A DNA stretch of 41,367 nt from Myxococcota bacterium (GTDB taxonomy: Bacteria; Myxococcota; SpSt-1050), in NCBI GenBank assembly GCA_049969675.1, contig JBMFOP010000013.1:1-41367 (forward strand), given 5' to 3'. Shown here piece by piece: positions 8,522 to 17,692 of the stretch. The notes beneath the pieces are model-generated. The model was not told where the DNA came from. It saw nothing but the letters and a program-made list of their open reading frames with translations, and did no database searches. The position numbers and the translations under genes are program-made. Numbering within the stretch: position 1 is the first letter of the stretch; the number at the start of each line of letters is the position of its first letter.

Positions 8522-9199
8522 TTAGTTGTTTAATATATCAATATCTTCAACATTGATAATCAGATGTTGTTTCTCGTTGCGAATCTCTATAATAGATGGG
8601 AATTTAATATTTGGGGAGAATGAGTAATATTTCTTTGATTCAATACTCAGATTCTTCTCTTTGATAAATAATGCAGATGGTAGAAAGCTCTCCTTCTCAA
8701 TCATATAATAATTTTCTTTGTTATTGGAGTAGAACTGGTAATTTATTGTGCCACCAAGCCTTTTATATCTCACATTATTGCATTCATCTACAATCTGACA
8801 TACCCTTTGCCTTAGCCTCTCAGATGAGATCGGCAGGGGTAAAATGAACTCTTCATTCTCTACAAAGAGTGTTAGAGGTTTTATGAAGTATCTCCCTGTG
8901 GATTTAATATTTTGTGAGACGAGTTTGTAATCTTTGAATCTGAATTCTGAGAGAGAGTCATCACAGGTGAGTTTTATATCCATATCTTTTTCTTTTTTAT
9001 TTATTGTTGACTCTAAGTTGCATACTATGGTGGCATCACCTTCTTTAAGAGTGGCTGTAGAGTTGAAAGTAAATCTGCCAATATTAAATTTGCTTCTTAC
9101 CTCTGCAGACTGCTTCAGTATAAACCAGTGAGGAAGTATATAGCCTGAGAGCAGAATCGTGAAAAAATAAAAGAGTATATATATTTTAGATATTTTCAT
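8522..9199 (-). CDS. Hypothetical exported protein, possibly LolA-like beta fold
   Basis: N-terminal hydrophobic segment, YILP motif and beta-rich C-half (YMIEKESFLP...KFPSIIEI); start overlaps the end of ptsI. Confidence 0.6.
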   Translation of the reverse strand: MKISKIYILFYFFTILLSGYILPHWFILKQSAEVRSKFNIGRFTFNSTATLKEGDATIVCNLESTINKKEKDMDIKLTCDDSLSEFRFKDYKLVSQNIKSTGRYFIKPLTLFVENEEFILPLPISSERLRQRVCQIVDECNNVRYKRLGGTINYQFYSNNKENYYMIEKESFLPSALFIKEKNLSIESKKYYSFSPNIKFPSIIEIRNEKQHLIINVEDIDILNN

Positions 9200-10922
9200 T
9201 TAAGAACCTCTCAATTGCCTCCTTAATCTCCTTCTCGGATACCATATCGGACATATTTTTTGCAAGAACTTCTGCCTTCCGAATATCAATATTTTTTATT
9301 AAATTTTCAAATATAGGTATGTTGATTGGCGACATTGAAAGATGTCTGTATCCTATGCCAAGAAGGACCACTATGTTCTCCTCCTCGGATGCCATCTCAC
9401 CACATACATATATCGGTTTGTTAAGGTTATGAGCCTTTTCATAAATCATCTTCAATACCCTGATAATTGCCGGGTTTGGCGAGGAGGCAGAATCAAATAG
9501 CTCAATATTCCCTCTATCTGCTGCCATAATGAACTGTATCAGGTCATTGGTTCCGAGACTGAAGAAGTCAATATACCTTGCAATGTCCTCCATAATAAAT
9601 ATTACAGAAGGGATCTCCAGCATAATCCCGATTTTGATATTGGGGTCAAATTTTTTCTTCTCTGAGGTGAGGATATCCTTTGCCTCATCAATAAGCCTTC
9701 GGGTCTCAATGATCTCATCTGTCTTTGAGACCATCGGGATGAGTATCCTGACATTCCCTCTATGCGATGCCCTCAGAATTGCCTTTATCTGAGATAAAAA
9801 GAGGTTTTTATTCTTGAGACAGAATCTAATGGCGCGGATACCAAGTGCGGGATTCTCCTCTTTCTGCTGGGAAATAAAGCCTGGGATCTTCTCCCCTCCT
9901 ATATCAAGTGTCCTGATTGTAATCTCTTTGGGGAAAAATTTTTCAGCAATTGCATCGTATGACCTGAACTGCTCCTCCTCAGAGGGGGTTCTGGGCCGTT
10001 CTATAAAATAGAACTCGGTTCTTAAGAGCCCTATCCCGTCTGTACCGAGTGATAGAGCTGTATCCACTTCCTCCGGGAAGTCTATATTGGCTGATACATA
10101 TATTCTCTCTTTATCTCGGGATAAGAATCTCTCCTCTGTAGATTCTGGATGCCTCTCAATAAGTGTGCAGAATGCGGTCCTCTTTTCAGAATATTCCTGA
10201 AGTTGTTTCTGATTGGGGTTGTGAATGACCAGACCATTCAATCCATCAACGATAACATTGTCCATTGTATTAATTTGCTGTGTTAGATTTGGTATCCCTA
10301 TTACGGCTGGTATATGCAGGGAGCGTGCAACAATAGCGGTATGACTATTCCTCCCACCACTCTCTGTTGCAATACCAATAACCTTCTGTTTTGAATAGTA
10401 ATACAATTCGGCAGGGGTGAGGTCATTGGTGATGAGTATGTGTTCCTCATTTAAGAGAGAGATATCTCTGATTTTACCTGATAAGATTCTCAAAAGTAAA
10501 AATTCTATTGATTTAATATCCACACTTCTTGCATTTAAGAGCGCCTTCTCTTTTGAATGCAGTAATTTAGAATATTTCTCAAAGGATTTGGAGACGGCGA
10601 TTTCGCTATTTACGAGTTCTGTAGAGATAGATTGCAGGACATCTTCAGTAAATCTGAGGTCCGAAAGAATCATCTTCTGGACATTCAGGTGAGGACCAAT
10701 CTTCTTGAGCTCTTTGGGGCTCATCTGACCTATTAACATATCTGTCTGTTCAGTAATCATCCTTATTGCAGAGATAAATCTCTCCTTCTCTTTATCCACC
10801 TCCTGAGCGGAGATGAGTCTCTTATTTACCTCCTTTGTAAAATTGGACAGTACAACTGCCCTGCCAATAGCAATCCCGGCTGATACCTTTATACCCTTCA
10901 GGGTCTTGCTATATCCACTCAT
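9186..10922 (-). CDS. ptsI: PTS enzyme I (phosphoenolpyruvate-protein phosphotransferase)
   Basis: SHTAIVARS phospho-His, GIGLLRTEF, ENPALGIRAIR, DFFSLGTNDL, CGEMA; no N-terminal GAF domain. Confidence 0.95.
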   Translation of the reverse strand: MSGYSKTLKGIKVSAGIAIGRAVVLSNFTKEVNKRLISAQEVDKEKERFISAIRMITEQTDMLIGQMSPKELKKIGPHLNVQKMILSDLRFTEDVLQSISTELVNSEIAVSKSFEKYSKLLHSKEKALLNARSVDIKSIEFLLLRILSGKIRDISLLNEEHILITNDLTPAELYYYSKQKVIGIATESGGRNSHTAIVARSLHIPAVIGIPNLTQQINTMDNVIVDGLNGLVIHNPNQKQLQEYSEKRTAFCTLIERHPESTEERFLSRDKERIYVSANIDFPEEVDTALSLGTDGIGLLRTEFYFIERPRTPSEEEQFRSYDAIAEKFFPKEITIRTLDIGGEKIPGFISQQKEENPALGIRAIRFCLKNKNLFLSQIKAILRASHRGNVRILIPMVSKTDEIIETRRLIDEAKDILTSEKKKFDPNIKIGIMLEIPSVIFIMEDIARYIDFFSLGTNDLIQFIMAADRGNIELFDSASSPNPAIIRVLKMIYEKAHNLNKPIYVCGEMASEEENIVVLLGIGYRHLSMSPINIPIFENLIKNIDIRKAEVLAKNMSDMVSEKEIKEAIERFLNENI

Positions 10923-11233
10923 TCAGGCTCACCAAATCTATTCTCAATTAGATTCTCAATCTCTCTCAATGCCTGCGGGGCATCATCACCCTCAATGGTA
11001 AGCTCCACCTCTGCGCCAAAAGGGGCGGAGAGCATAAGTATGCCCATAATGGATTTGCAATTTGCTGTTTCGTCATTGTATTGAATCTGAATATCCGAAT
11101 TAAATCTGGTTGCGACATTCACCAGTGCAGCTGCCGCACGGGCATGGAGACCAAGCTGGTTTTTTAGTGTAAGAACCTTCTTGATTTTCATCCTGTTTCC
11201 GTCAGGTTTTGGGGAATCGTCACCTTCTTTCAT
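10919..11233 (-). CDS. ptsH: HPr phosphocarrier protein
   Basis: GLHARAA (His15) and KSIMG (Ser46). SD AAGGAG precedes ATG 11233; alternative start 11191. Confidence 0.93.
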   Translation of the reverse strand: MKEGDDSPKPDGNRMKIKKVLTLKNQLGLHARAAAALVNVATRFNSDIQIQYNDETANCKSIMGILMLSAPFGAEVELTIEGDDAPQALREIENLIENRFGEPE

Positions 11234-11254
11234 CTTAAACACTCCTTTATTTGA

Positions 11255-11665
11255 TTAAATTTCTTTACCTCTTGTTGGGTTTTCTGCATAATAGATTTTC
11301 TTCTTTCCATATTCTACAATAAATTTTGCCAGTTCCTGAATATCTGTAATCTCATTACGAGTGGTCGCCAGTTTTAATATCATTGCCAGAGTAAAACCTG
11401 CGACCACCTCTATCTTCTTGTGATTGTAGAGAGTGATGGCTATATTAAATGGTGTCCCTCCAAATATATCAGTGAGTATCAATACACCATCACCATCATC
11501 CAGATCGTCAACCATTTTATTTATTTTCTCTTTTAAGAGCGATAGAGATTCATTTCCATTCAGATTTACAGCCTTGAGTTTTGGTATCTCTCCATATATA
11601 AACTCGGCGGTTCTGATAATCTCCTCTCCAAGTCTCCCGTGTGATGCAATAAGAATTCCAATCAT
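11255..11665 (-). CDS. PTS mannose/fructose-type EIIA component
   Basis: IGILIASHG and GVLILTDIFGGTPFN. Confidence 0.92.
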   Translation of the reverse strand: MIGILIASHGRLGEEIIRTAEFIYGEIPKLKAVNLNGNESLSLLKEKINKMVDDLDDGDGVLILTDIFGGTPFNIAITLYNHKKIEVVAGFTLAMILKLATTRNEITDIQELAKFIVEYGKKKIYYAENPTRGKEI

Positions 11666-11679
11666 ATCAACTCCTTAAC

Positions 11680-12543
11680 TCATCTATTGATATCTCTGTG
11701 ATATATATTGATCTCAAAGTTCTCATTTTGGGCCATCCTTTCTTTTAGTTCCTCCGCCATCGCCACCGAGCGGTGTCTCCCACCTGTGCACCCGATAGAG
11801 ATATTTATTGAGGTTCGTCTCTCAGTTATGTAGAGTGGCAACATAGTGTTAAATATATCACAAATCTTCTGTAACAAAATTTTGCTTGTCTGATGTGACA
11901 TAATGAATTTTCTTACAGATTCATCAAGCCCTGATAGATTCTTTAGTTCTGGCACAAAGTAAGGATTGGGTAAAAATCTTACATCAAAGACAAAATCAGT
12001 CTGGAGGGGAATGCCATACTTAAAACCAAATGAAATGATACTTACATCAATCTTATGCCCCTGTTTGAGACGGTTTATAAAATCCATTATCTCAGATCGC
12101 AGGGCATGGACATTCATATTTGAGGTATCAATTATCTTTGTGGCAATGTCTCTAATGTTCTTAAGTATTGTTCTCTCTTCTCTAATCCCCTTCAAAATAT
12201 CTGTCCTGAATAGTGGGTGAGTTCTTCTTGTGTCCTGATAGCGATTGAGTATTACTGAATCTTCACACTCCAGAAAAATTATCTCGCTCTTAAATCCCTC
12301 TTTGGTAAGGGATTCAATTGTCTCCGGGAAGTTTTTAAGAAGAGGACCTTCCCTGATGTCTATCACAAATGCAATCTTTGTAAATTCTACACCGCCCAGA
12401 GATATCATCTCCAGAAATTTTGGTATGAGGATGGTCGGGAAGTTATCCATACAGAAATAGCCACTGTCCTCAAGGGTTTTGAGCACTGTAGATTTACCAG
12501 AGCCAGAAAGTCCAGAGACAAATATCAAACTATCCAGATTCAA
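11680..12543 (-). CDS. rapZ: RNase adapter RapZ (YvcJ/YhbJ)
   Basis: GLSGSGKS, SFGFKYG, DVRFLPNPY, GCTGGRHRSV. Confidence 0.95.
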   Translation of the reverse strand: MNLDSLIFVSGLSGSGKSTVLKTLEDSGYFCMDNFPTILIPKFLEMISLGGVEFTKIAFVIDIREGPLLKNFPETIESLTKEGFKSEIIFLECEDSVILNRYQDTRRTHPLFRTDILKGIREERTILKNIRDIATKIIDTSNMNVHALRSEIMDFINRLKQGHKIDVSIISFGFKYGIPLQTDFVFDVRFLPNPYFVPELKNLSGLDESVRKFIMSHQTSKILLQKICDIFNTMLPLYITERRTSINISIGCTGGRHRSVAMAEELKERMAQNENFEINIYHRDINR

Positions 12544-12546
12544 TCG

Positions 12547-13506
12547 CTATTCTCCTTTTATCTTCCTGACGGTTCCCATTCTCTCAATGATATCCACTAT
12601 ATTTTTTTGAAATGCCCTCGCCGAATGAAACCCCTTAAGTTTTAAGAGTTGATTTCGGGCGGCAACCTCAACTATTGTGGAGATATTTCTATTTGCTCTA
12701 ACTGGTAATATTATGTGAGGGATATTGACGCCAAGAATATTGATTGTCTTATCTTCAACCCCAAGTCTGTCGTACTCTCTGTCGTTTTCCCATTCAATAA
12801 GTTCTATGATAAGTTCTATTTTCTTACTATCTCTTATGGTAGAGATGCCAAATAGGTCTTTTACATTTATTATTCCGAGACCCCGTATCTCCATATGATA
12901 CTTTATCACATCCGAGCCGTAGCCTATCAGGGCATTATCATCCCTCTTTGTAATGATTATCATATCGTCACATACAAGTCTATGCCCTCTTGTAATGAGT
13001 TCAAGTGCACACTCGCTCTTCCCGATACCGCTCTTCCCTCTGAGGATAACGCCGAGTCCATAGATATCCATAAGTACACCGTGCATATTTATCCTTGGTC
13101 TCGAGAGTATCTCAATGGATTCAATTAGCCTGTTGTAGAATAATGAGATATCAAGTGTGGTAAAGAGGAGTGGGATATCCTTTATCCCACTTATATTATA
13201 ACAATTGGTTGGGCCTGTCTTTTCAATCTCCAGTATTATTACAGCGGGAAGGGATCTCTCTGTTATTTTTCTAACCAGCCGGGAGACGTCTGTATCTATT
13301 GCCCTTCTGGAAATTAGTACAATTGAGTTTTTGTCAAAAAGTGGTCCTTCTTCTCCCTCCGGGGATTTCTCATATATGATAACCCGGGGTCGCTCTATTC
13401 GGGTAGATATATCAAATCTATAGTCCGAAAAGAGATTGAGCCCCAGATACTCTCCCTTAAAAGAGATTATATCGGCTATTGAGATTGAATTCTTCTCCTC
13501 TTTCAA
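12547..13506 (-). CDS. hprK: HPr kinase/phosphorylase
   Basis: MHGVLMD, GKSGIGKSECALEL, LVCDD, MEIRGLGII; TTG start; divergent N-terminal domain. Confidence 0.93.
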   Translation of the reverse strand: MKEEKNSISIADIISFKGEYLGLNLFSDYRFDISTRIERPRVIIYEKSPEGEEGPLFDKNSIVLISRRAIDTDVSRLVRKITERSLPAVIILEIEKTGPTNCYNISGIKDIPLLFTTLDISLFYNRLIESIEILSRPRINMHGVLMDIYGLGVILRGKSGIGKSECALELITRGHRLVCDDMIIITKRDDNALIGYGSDVIKYHMEIRGLGIINVKDLFGISTIRDSKKIELIIELIEWENDREYDRLGVEDKTINILGVNIPHIILPVRANRNISTIVEVAARNQLLKLKGFHSARAFQKNIVDIIERMGTVRKIKGE

Positions 13507-13509
13507 ATC

Positions 13510-13953
13510 CTAATTCCCTCTGGGAAAAAGATTATTGATGAGAATATTTTTTATCCCATCTATATCCTGGGTCTCTGAAATCTGTTGATATATGGAATCG
13601 TTTTTTATCATCTTTACAATGGCGGAAACCAGCCTCAAATACTCTGACTTTTTCTCAAGTGGACTCAATATGAGAAATACAATTTTGATATCAGTATTGT
13701 CTGGCGAATTATATTTAATCCTATCTTTGAGTAAAAAGAAAAACAGAAAGTCCTCAGGTATCCCATCAATTCTGATATGAGGAAGCATTACCCCTTTACC
13801 TATTGATGTTGAAGAGATTCGTTCTCTCTCAGAGAGTCCTGTAAATAACCTATCTCTTGCAAATCCAGATTGGCTGGATGCAATAGTAGAAATTTTATCA
13901 AGCAGTTCATCAATAGAATCTGCCTGAATCCCTTTATAACAGAAGATCTGCAT
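13510..13953 (-). CDS. ptsN: PTS EIIA (Ntr/fructose-mannitol family)
   Basis: ERERISSTSIGKGVMLPH phospho-His motif; located in the rpoN operon. Confidence 0.85.
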   Translation of the reverse strand: MQIFCYKGIQADSIDELLDKISTIASSQSGFARDRLFTGLSERERISSTSIGKGVMLPHIRIDGIPEDFLFFFLLKDRIKYNSPDNTDIKIVFLILSPLEKKSEYLRLVSAIVKMIKNDSIYQQISETQDIDGIKNILINNLFPRGN

Positions 13954-14240
13954 TAACGGTTCTGATGTTTCTCCTTGTACTTTCTTATCTGCCGTTCAAT
14001 CTTGCTATAAGCAAGGTCAAATGAAGAGTACATATCTTCAGACTTTTCTGATGCATTTATTGAAATTCCACCTGCATTTATAGCCACATCTGCAATATGC
14101 GAGTACTTCTCTACTGAAAATGTTACTCTTGCATCAACCGGTGGCTTTAAGAATTTTTTCAGTTTTTCAATCTTCTCCTCCGCATACTGTTTGAGTGCAT
14201 CGCTGTGTTCCATCTGTCTGAAAGTTACATTGACTTGCAT
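13953..14240 (-). CDS. hpf: Ribosome hibernation promoting factor / RaiA (short form)
   Basis: MQVNVTFRQMEHSDALKQY...EDMYSSFD...KIERQIRKYKEK; directly downstream of rpoN. Confidence 0.92.
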   Translation of the reverse strand: MQVNVTFRQMEHSDALKQYAEEKIEKLKKFLKPPVDARVTFSVEKYSHIADVAINAGGISINASEKSEDMYSSFDLAYSKIERQIRKYKEKHQNR

Positions 14241-14250
14241 AATATCCTCC

Positions 14251-15759
14251 TTATTTTGGCGGATTTTTTATCCTCTTCCTGATATTATAGGGCGGTATGC
14301 CCATTGCATCGCGATACTTTGCGACGGTCCTCCTCTTGATTGTAATATTTTGTCTTGAGAGCCTTCTCGCAATCTCATCATCCTTGAGCGGATATTTTGG
14401 GTCTTCCTCTTCAATCATCTTCTGAATCATATTCTTGATGGCATCATTGGTGATATTCTCTCCTTCATTAGATATAACAGCCCTCTTTATAAAATATTTC
14501 ATTGGATATACACCATAAGGTGTAAGCATATACTTGGAATTAAATATCCTGCTCATAGTGGACACATTCATATTTAGTTCACTGGCTATGTCCTTCTCCT
14601 GAAGAGGTTTGAGATACCCCTCACCCTTTTCAAAGAACTCCCTCTGTCGCCTTACAATTATCTCCGCAACCTGTTTCAGACGGTGTTCTCTTTCATTCAG
14701 GGCTGTTAAGAAGATCTTTGCAAGTTTGTAATTCTCTCTGATGTATTTACTGTTGGGGTCTCTACCTCGCCTGCGCATTATATTCAGATATTGCCTGTTT
14801 ATATCTACCTTTGGGATGTCATCTTTTAAGAGCCTGACCTTAAATTCGCCATCGGATTTGTATACCTCAATATCGGGTCTGATATATTCAGGCTGAATCT
14901 CACTGATAGTAGACCCGGGTTTGGGATTGAAGTTGCTGATAGTCTTCTCTAAATCCCTTACCATCTCCTCTGAGATATTAAGTGACTTTGCAATCTGTCT
15001 ATATCTCTTTCTCTCAAAATCCTGCAGGTGCTCATTAATAGCCTTAATGAGAATCTCGTTGTCGCAATTTAGATGTCTTGCCTGAATAATAAGACACTCT
15101 TTTAAATCCCTTGCCCCTACACCAATCGGGTCAAATGTCTGGACAATTTTGAGGACCCTTAATACATCATCATCTGATGCCCTTGCTTTAATTGCAATAA
15201 GATTAATCAGGTTCTCATCTTCAAACTCGCCTTTCAGATAGCCATTTTCATCAAGGTTCATAATAATGTGGTATGCAATCTCGCGGTCCTTTTCAGGGAT
15301 ATCCAGAAGGGCGAGCTGTTCAAGTAGATGTTCACTCAGGCTTTTACCCGTATTCAGTGTAGAGAATCTCCTATCCTTATCCTCTGCTATCTCTTCTGGT
15401 GCCCCGGTAAATGATGGCCCCTCTGTCCTTGCATTCAGATAGTCCTCGTAACTCTTCCGGTTTTCAATTGTTTTTATATTCTCCTCCTCATAGGGTGCCA
15501 CTGTATAATCTTTGTGGTAATTGCTTAAAAAAGAATCGTCTGATGAGCTCTCATCATATTCATCAGCAGGTTCGCTACTGAGAGGGTTAGAGGTCAATAT
15601 CTCCCTCTCTTCTAAGATGGGATTCTGTTGAATCTCCTGTTGAATTAGCTGAATAAGCTCCAACTTTCCCACCTGCAAAAGTTTCAAGGTCTGTTGCATC
15701 TGGAGCGTAAGCCTTAGCTCCATTGCAAGTTTCTGTGTCTGTTTTAATTCAGGTCCCAT
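14251..15759 (-). CDS. rpoN: RNA polymerase sigma-54 factor
   Basis: Gln-rich region I, NLDENGYL, DPIGVGARDLKECL and the RpoN box RRTVAKYR. Confidence 0.97.
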   Translation of the reverse strand: MGPELKQTQKLAMELRLTLQMQQTLKLLQVGKLELIQLIQQEIQQNPILEEREILTSNPLSSEPADEYDESSSDDSFLSNYHKDYTVAPYEEENIKTIENRKSYEDYLNARTEGPSFTGAPEEIAEDKDRRFSTLNTGKSLSEHLLEQLALLDIPEKDREIAYHIIMNLDENGYLKGEFEDENLINLIAIKARASDDDVLRVLKIVQTFDPIGVGARDLKECLIIQARHLNCDNEILIKAINEHLQDFERKRYRQIAKSLNISEEMVRDLEKTISNFNPKPGSTISEIQPEYIRPDIEVYKSDGEFKVRLLKDDIPKVDINRQYLNIMRRRGRDPNSKYIRENYKLAKIFLTALNEREHRLKQVAEIIVRRQREFFEKGEGYLKPLQEKDIASELNMNVSTMSRIFNSKYMLTPYGVYPMKYFIKRAVISNEGENITNDAIKNMIQKMIEEEDPKYPLKDDEIARRLSRQNITIKRRTVAKYRDAMGIPPYNIRKRIKNPPK

Positions 15760-15770
15760 AATCTAATAAT

Positions 15771-15799
15771 AATATAATATATATTCACACTTTTTTCAA
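15771..15799 (-). promoter_or_regulatory. Putative sigma70 promoter of the rpoN operon (very short leader)
   Basis: TTGAAA-17 bp-TATATT ending 11 nt before the rpoN ATG; no obvious SD. Confidence 0.4.
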
Positions 15800-16013
15800 G
15801 GGTAAAAAGTTCTGGTACAAAGGTTGATAGCGCAATGTGTCAGCGATTAGAGGGGCTTAAACATTTTTACTAAAATTCTGTCCATCAAACAATATCACCT
15901 GATTTCTCCCATGTTCTTTGGCAAAGTAGAGGGCTTTATCGGCTCCAGATACCAATTCATAACCATTGCTGGCTTTACAAAAAGCAAGGAAGAATTGAGG
16001 GCTTTGGCTTTTG

Positions 16014-16042
16014 TTGACATTGCTTTATTTGGAGTGTATTTT
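16014..16042 (+). promoter_or_regulatory. Putative sigma70 promoter of the SDR gene
   Basis: TTGACA-17 bp-TATTTT; SD AGGAGG before ATG 16077. Confidence 0.5.
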
Positions 16043-16076
16043 TTTATAGGTTTACCAGACTTTTCAGGAGGAATGT

Positions 16077-16829
16077 ATGTTTGACTTCAAAGGCAAGAAT
16101 GTGCTTGTAACAGGTGGTTCAAGAGGAATAGGGAAAGAGATATGCAGAGAATTTGCGAAATATGGTGCAAGAGTAATAGTTTCAAGCAGAAAGGCAGAGG
16201 CCTGTGAGGCTGTGGTTGATGAGATTAAAAAAAATGGCGGCGATGCAATTGCAATATCTGCAAATATGGGCAGAATGGAAGATGTAAACAATCTATTTTT
16301 TAAATCTATTGAGAATTGTGGCTATATTGATGTACTTGTAAATAATGCTGCTACAAATCCTATATTTGGACCATTGTTGATTACAGAGGAGAAGGCGTGG
16401 GATAAGATAATGGATGTCAATCTAAAAGGTCCATTCTTTCTGGCTATAAGGGTGGCTCAGAAGATGATTGAGAATAAAGGTGGTTCAATAATCAATATCG
16501 CATCTACCGCTGGATTGAGGGCATGGCCCGGTCTCGGAGTATATGGGATATCAAAGGGGGCAATTATTCAGATGACCCGCCAGATGGCGCGTGAGTGGGC
16601 GGGGAGTAATGTGAGAGTTAATTGTGTGGCGCCGGGGTTGATTGAGACCGATTTTTCAAGAGTCCTGATAGAAGATGAGACACTGAGGGGTGAGGCTCTC
16701 AAAAATGTCTCAATGGGCAGACACGGAGATGTCTCAGAGATAGCCTCTGTAGTATTATTTCTGGCATCAGATGCCGCATCATATATAACCGGACAGATTG
16801 TAATCGCTGATGGTGGTGGTATGTGCTGA
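16077..16829 (+). CDS. Short-chain dehydrogenase/reductase (DHRS4/FabG-like)
   Basis: TGGSRGIG, NNAATNPIFGP, YGISK, NCVAPGLIET. Confidence 0.93.
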   Translation: MFDFKGKNVLVTGGSRGIGKEICREFAKYGARVIVSSRKAEACEAVVDEIKKNGGDAIAISANMGRMEDVNNLFFKSIENCGYIDVLVNNAATNPIFGPLLITEEKAWDKIMDVNLKGPFFLAIRVAQKMIENKGGSIINIASTAGLRAWPGLGVYGISKGAIIQMTRQMAREWAGSNVRVNCVAPGLIETDFSRVLIEDETLRGEALKNVSMGRHGDVSEIASVVLFLASDAASYITGQIVIADGGGMC

Positions 16830-16831
16830 AT

Positions 16832-17692
16832 CTATCCCTTGACCGAACCAGCGGTAAGTCCGGAGATGAGATTCTTCTGCAAAAAATAGAATAGAATGAC
16901 AACAGGAAGTGCAACAATAATTGCACCTGCTGCAAAGTGTCCCCACTCTGTATTATGTGCACCTACAAAGTGTTGTAGCATTACAGGAAGTGTGTAACTT
17001 ATCTCTTTATTCATAAAAGTAGCAGCCAGTATAAACTCGTTCCACGCAGTCATAAATGAGAACAGGGCAGTAACCGCAATCGCAGGGCGCGCCAGTGGCA
17101 ATATAATGCTGACAAATATCTTGAGTCTTGAGGCGCCATCTATTATAGCCGATTCCTCAAGTTCTTTTGGAATGGTATCAAAATAACCCTTGAGCGTCCA
17201 GACGCAGAAAGGGATGGAGGTTGTAGAATATACGAGAGCAAGTCCCATAAGTTGATTTAAGAGACCGAGCTTATCCATAATAATATATAGCGGAATCATC
17301 ATCATTGTCCCCGGAAACATCTGCGTTACAAGAAATGCCATCAGTCCTGTGCGCCTGAGAGGGAATTTGAATCTGGAGAATGCGTATGCAGCAGTGGTGG
17401 CAAGGACCACACCTAAGAGTGTCGTTATAAAGCTCACCGCTACTGAATTAAAGAGTTGATAGAAGAAGATATATTGCCCTGCCATATTCTTTGCGAAGAT
17501 GACATCAGAGAAATTGGCAAGAGAGATGCCCTCTGGAATGGGGTTGAGCGATACCTTGAAGTTCTGAGTTGGTGAGAATGCCATCTTGAAGACCCACAGT
17601 ACTGGATAGATGGTGATTATAGAGAAAACTATCAGGAAGATGTGCGTAATTAATTGGGTTAGAAATAGTCTTGTCTTCTTTGCAAATCTCAT
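16832..17692 (-). CDS. malG: Sugar ABC transporter permease, MalG-like
   Basis: AYAFSRF, KGYFDTIPKELEESAIIDGA (EAA loop), GLTAGSVKG. Confidence 0.88.
   Translation of the reverse strand: MRFAKKTRLFLTQLITHIFLIVFSIITIYPVLWVFKMAFSPTQNFKVSLNPIPEGISLANFSDVIFAKNMAGQYIFFYQLFNSVAVSFITTLLGVVLATTAAYAFSRFKFPLRRTGLMAFLVTQMFPGTMMMIPLYIIMDKLGLLNQLMGLALVYSTTSIPFCVWTLKGYFDTIPKELEESAIIDGASRLKIFVSIILPLARPAIAVTALFSFMTAWNEFILAATFMNKEISYTLPVMLQHFVGAHNTEWGHFAAGAIIVALPVVILFYFLQKNLISGLTAGSVKG

Noticed and set aside
16821..16829. SDR ending in Cys-TGA as possible selenocysteine read-through
   Set aside because: The SDR fold is complete at this point, malG converges immediately, and no SECIS-like hairpin was seen.
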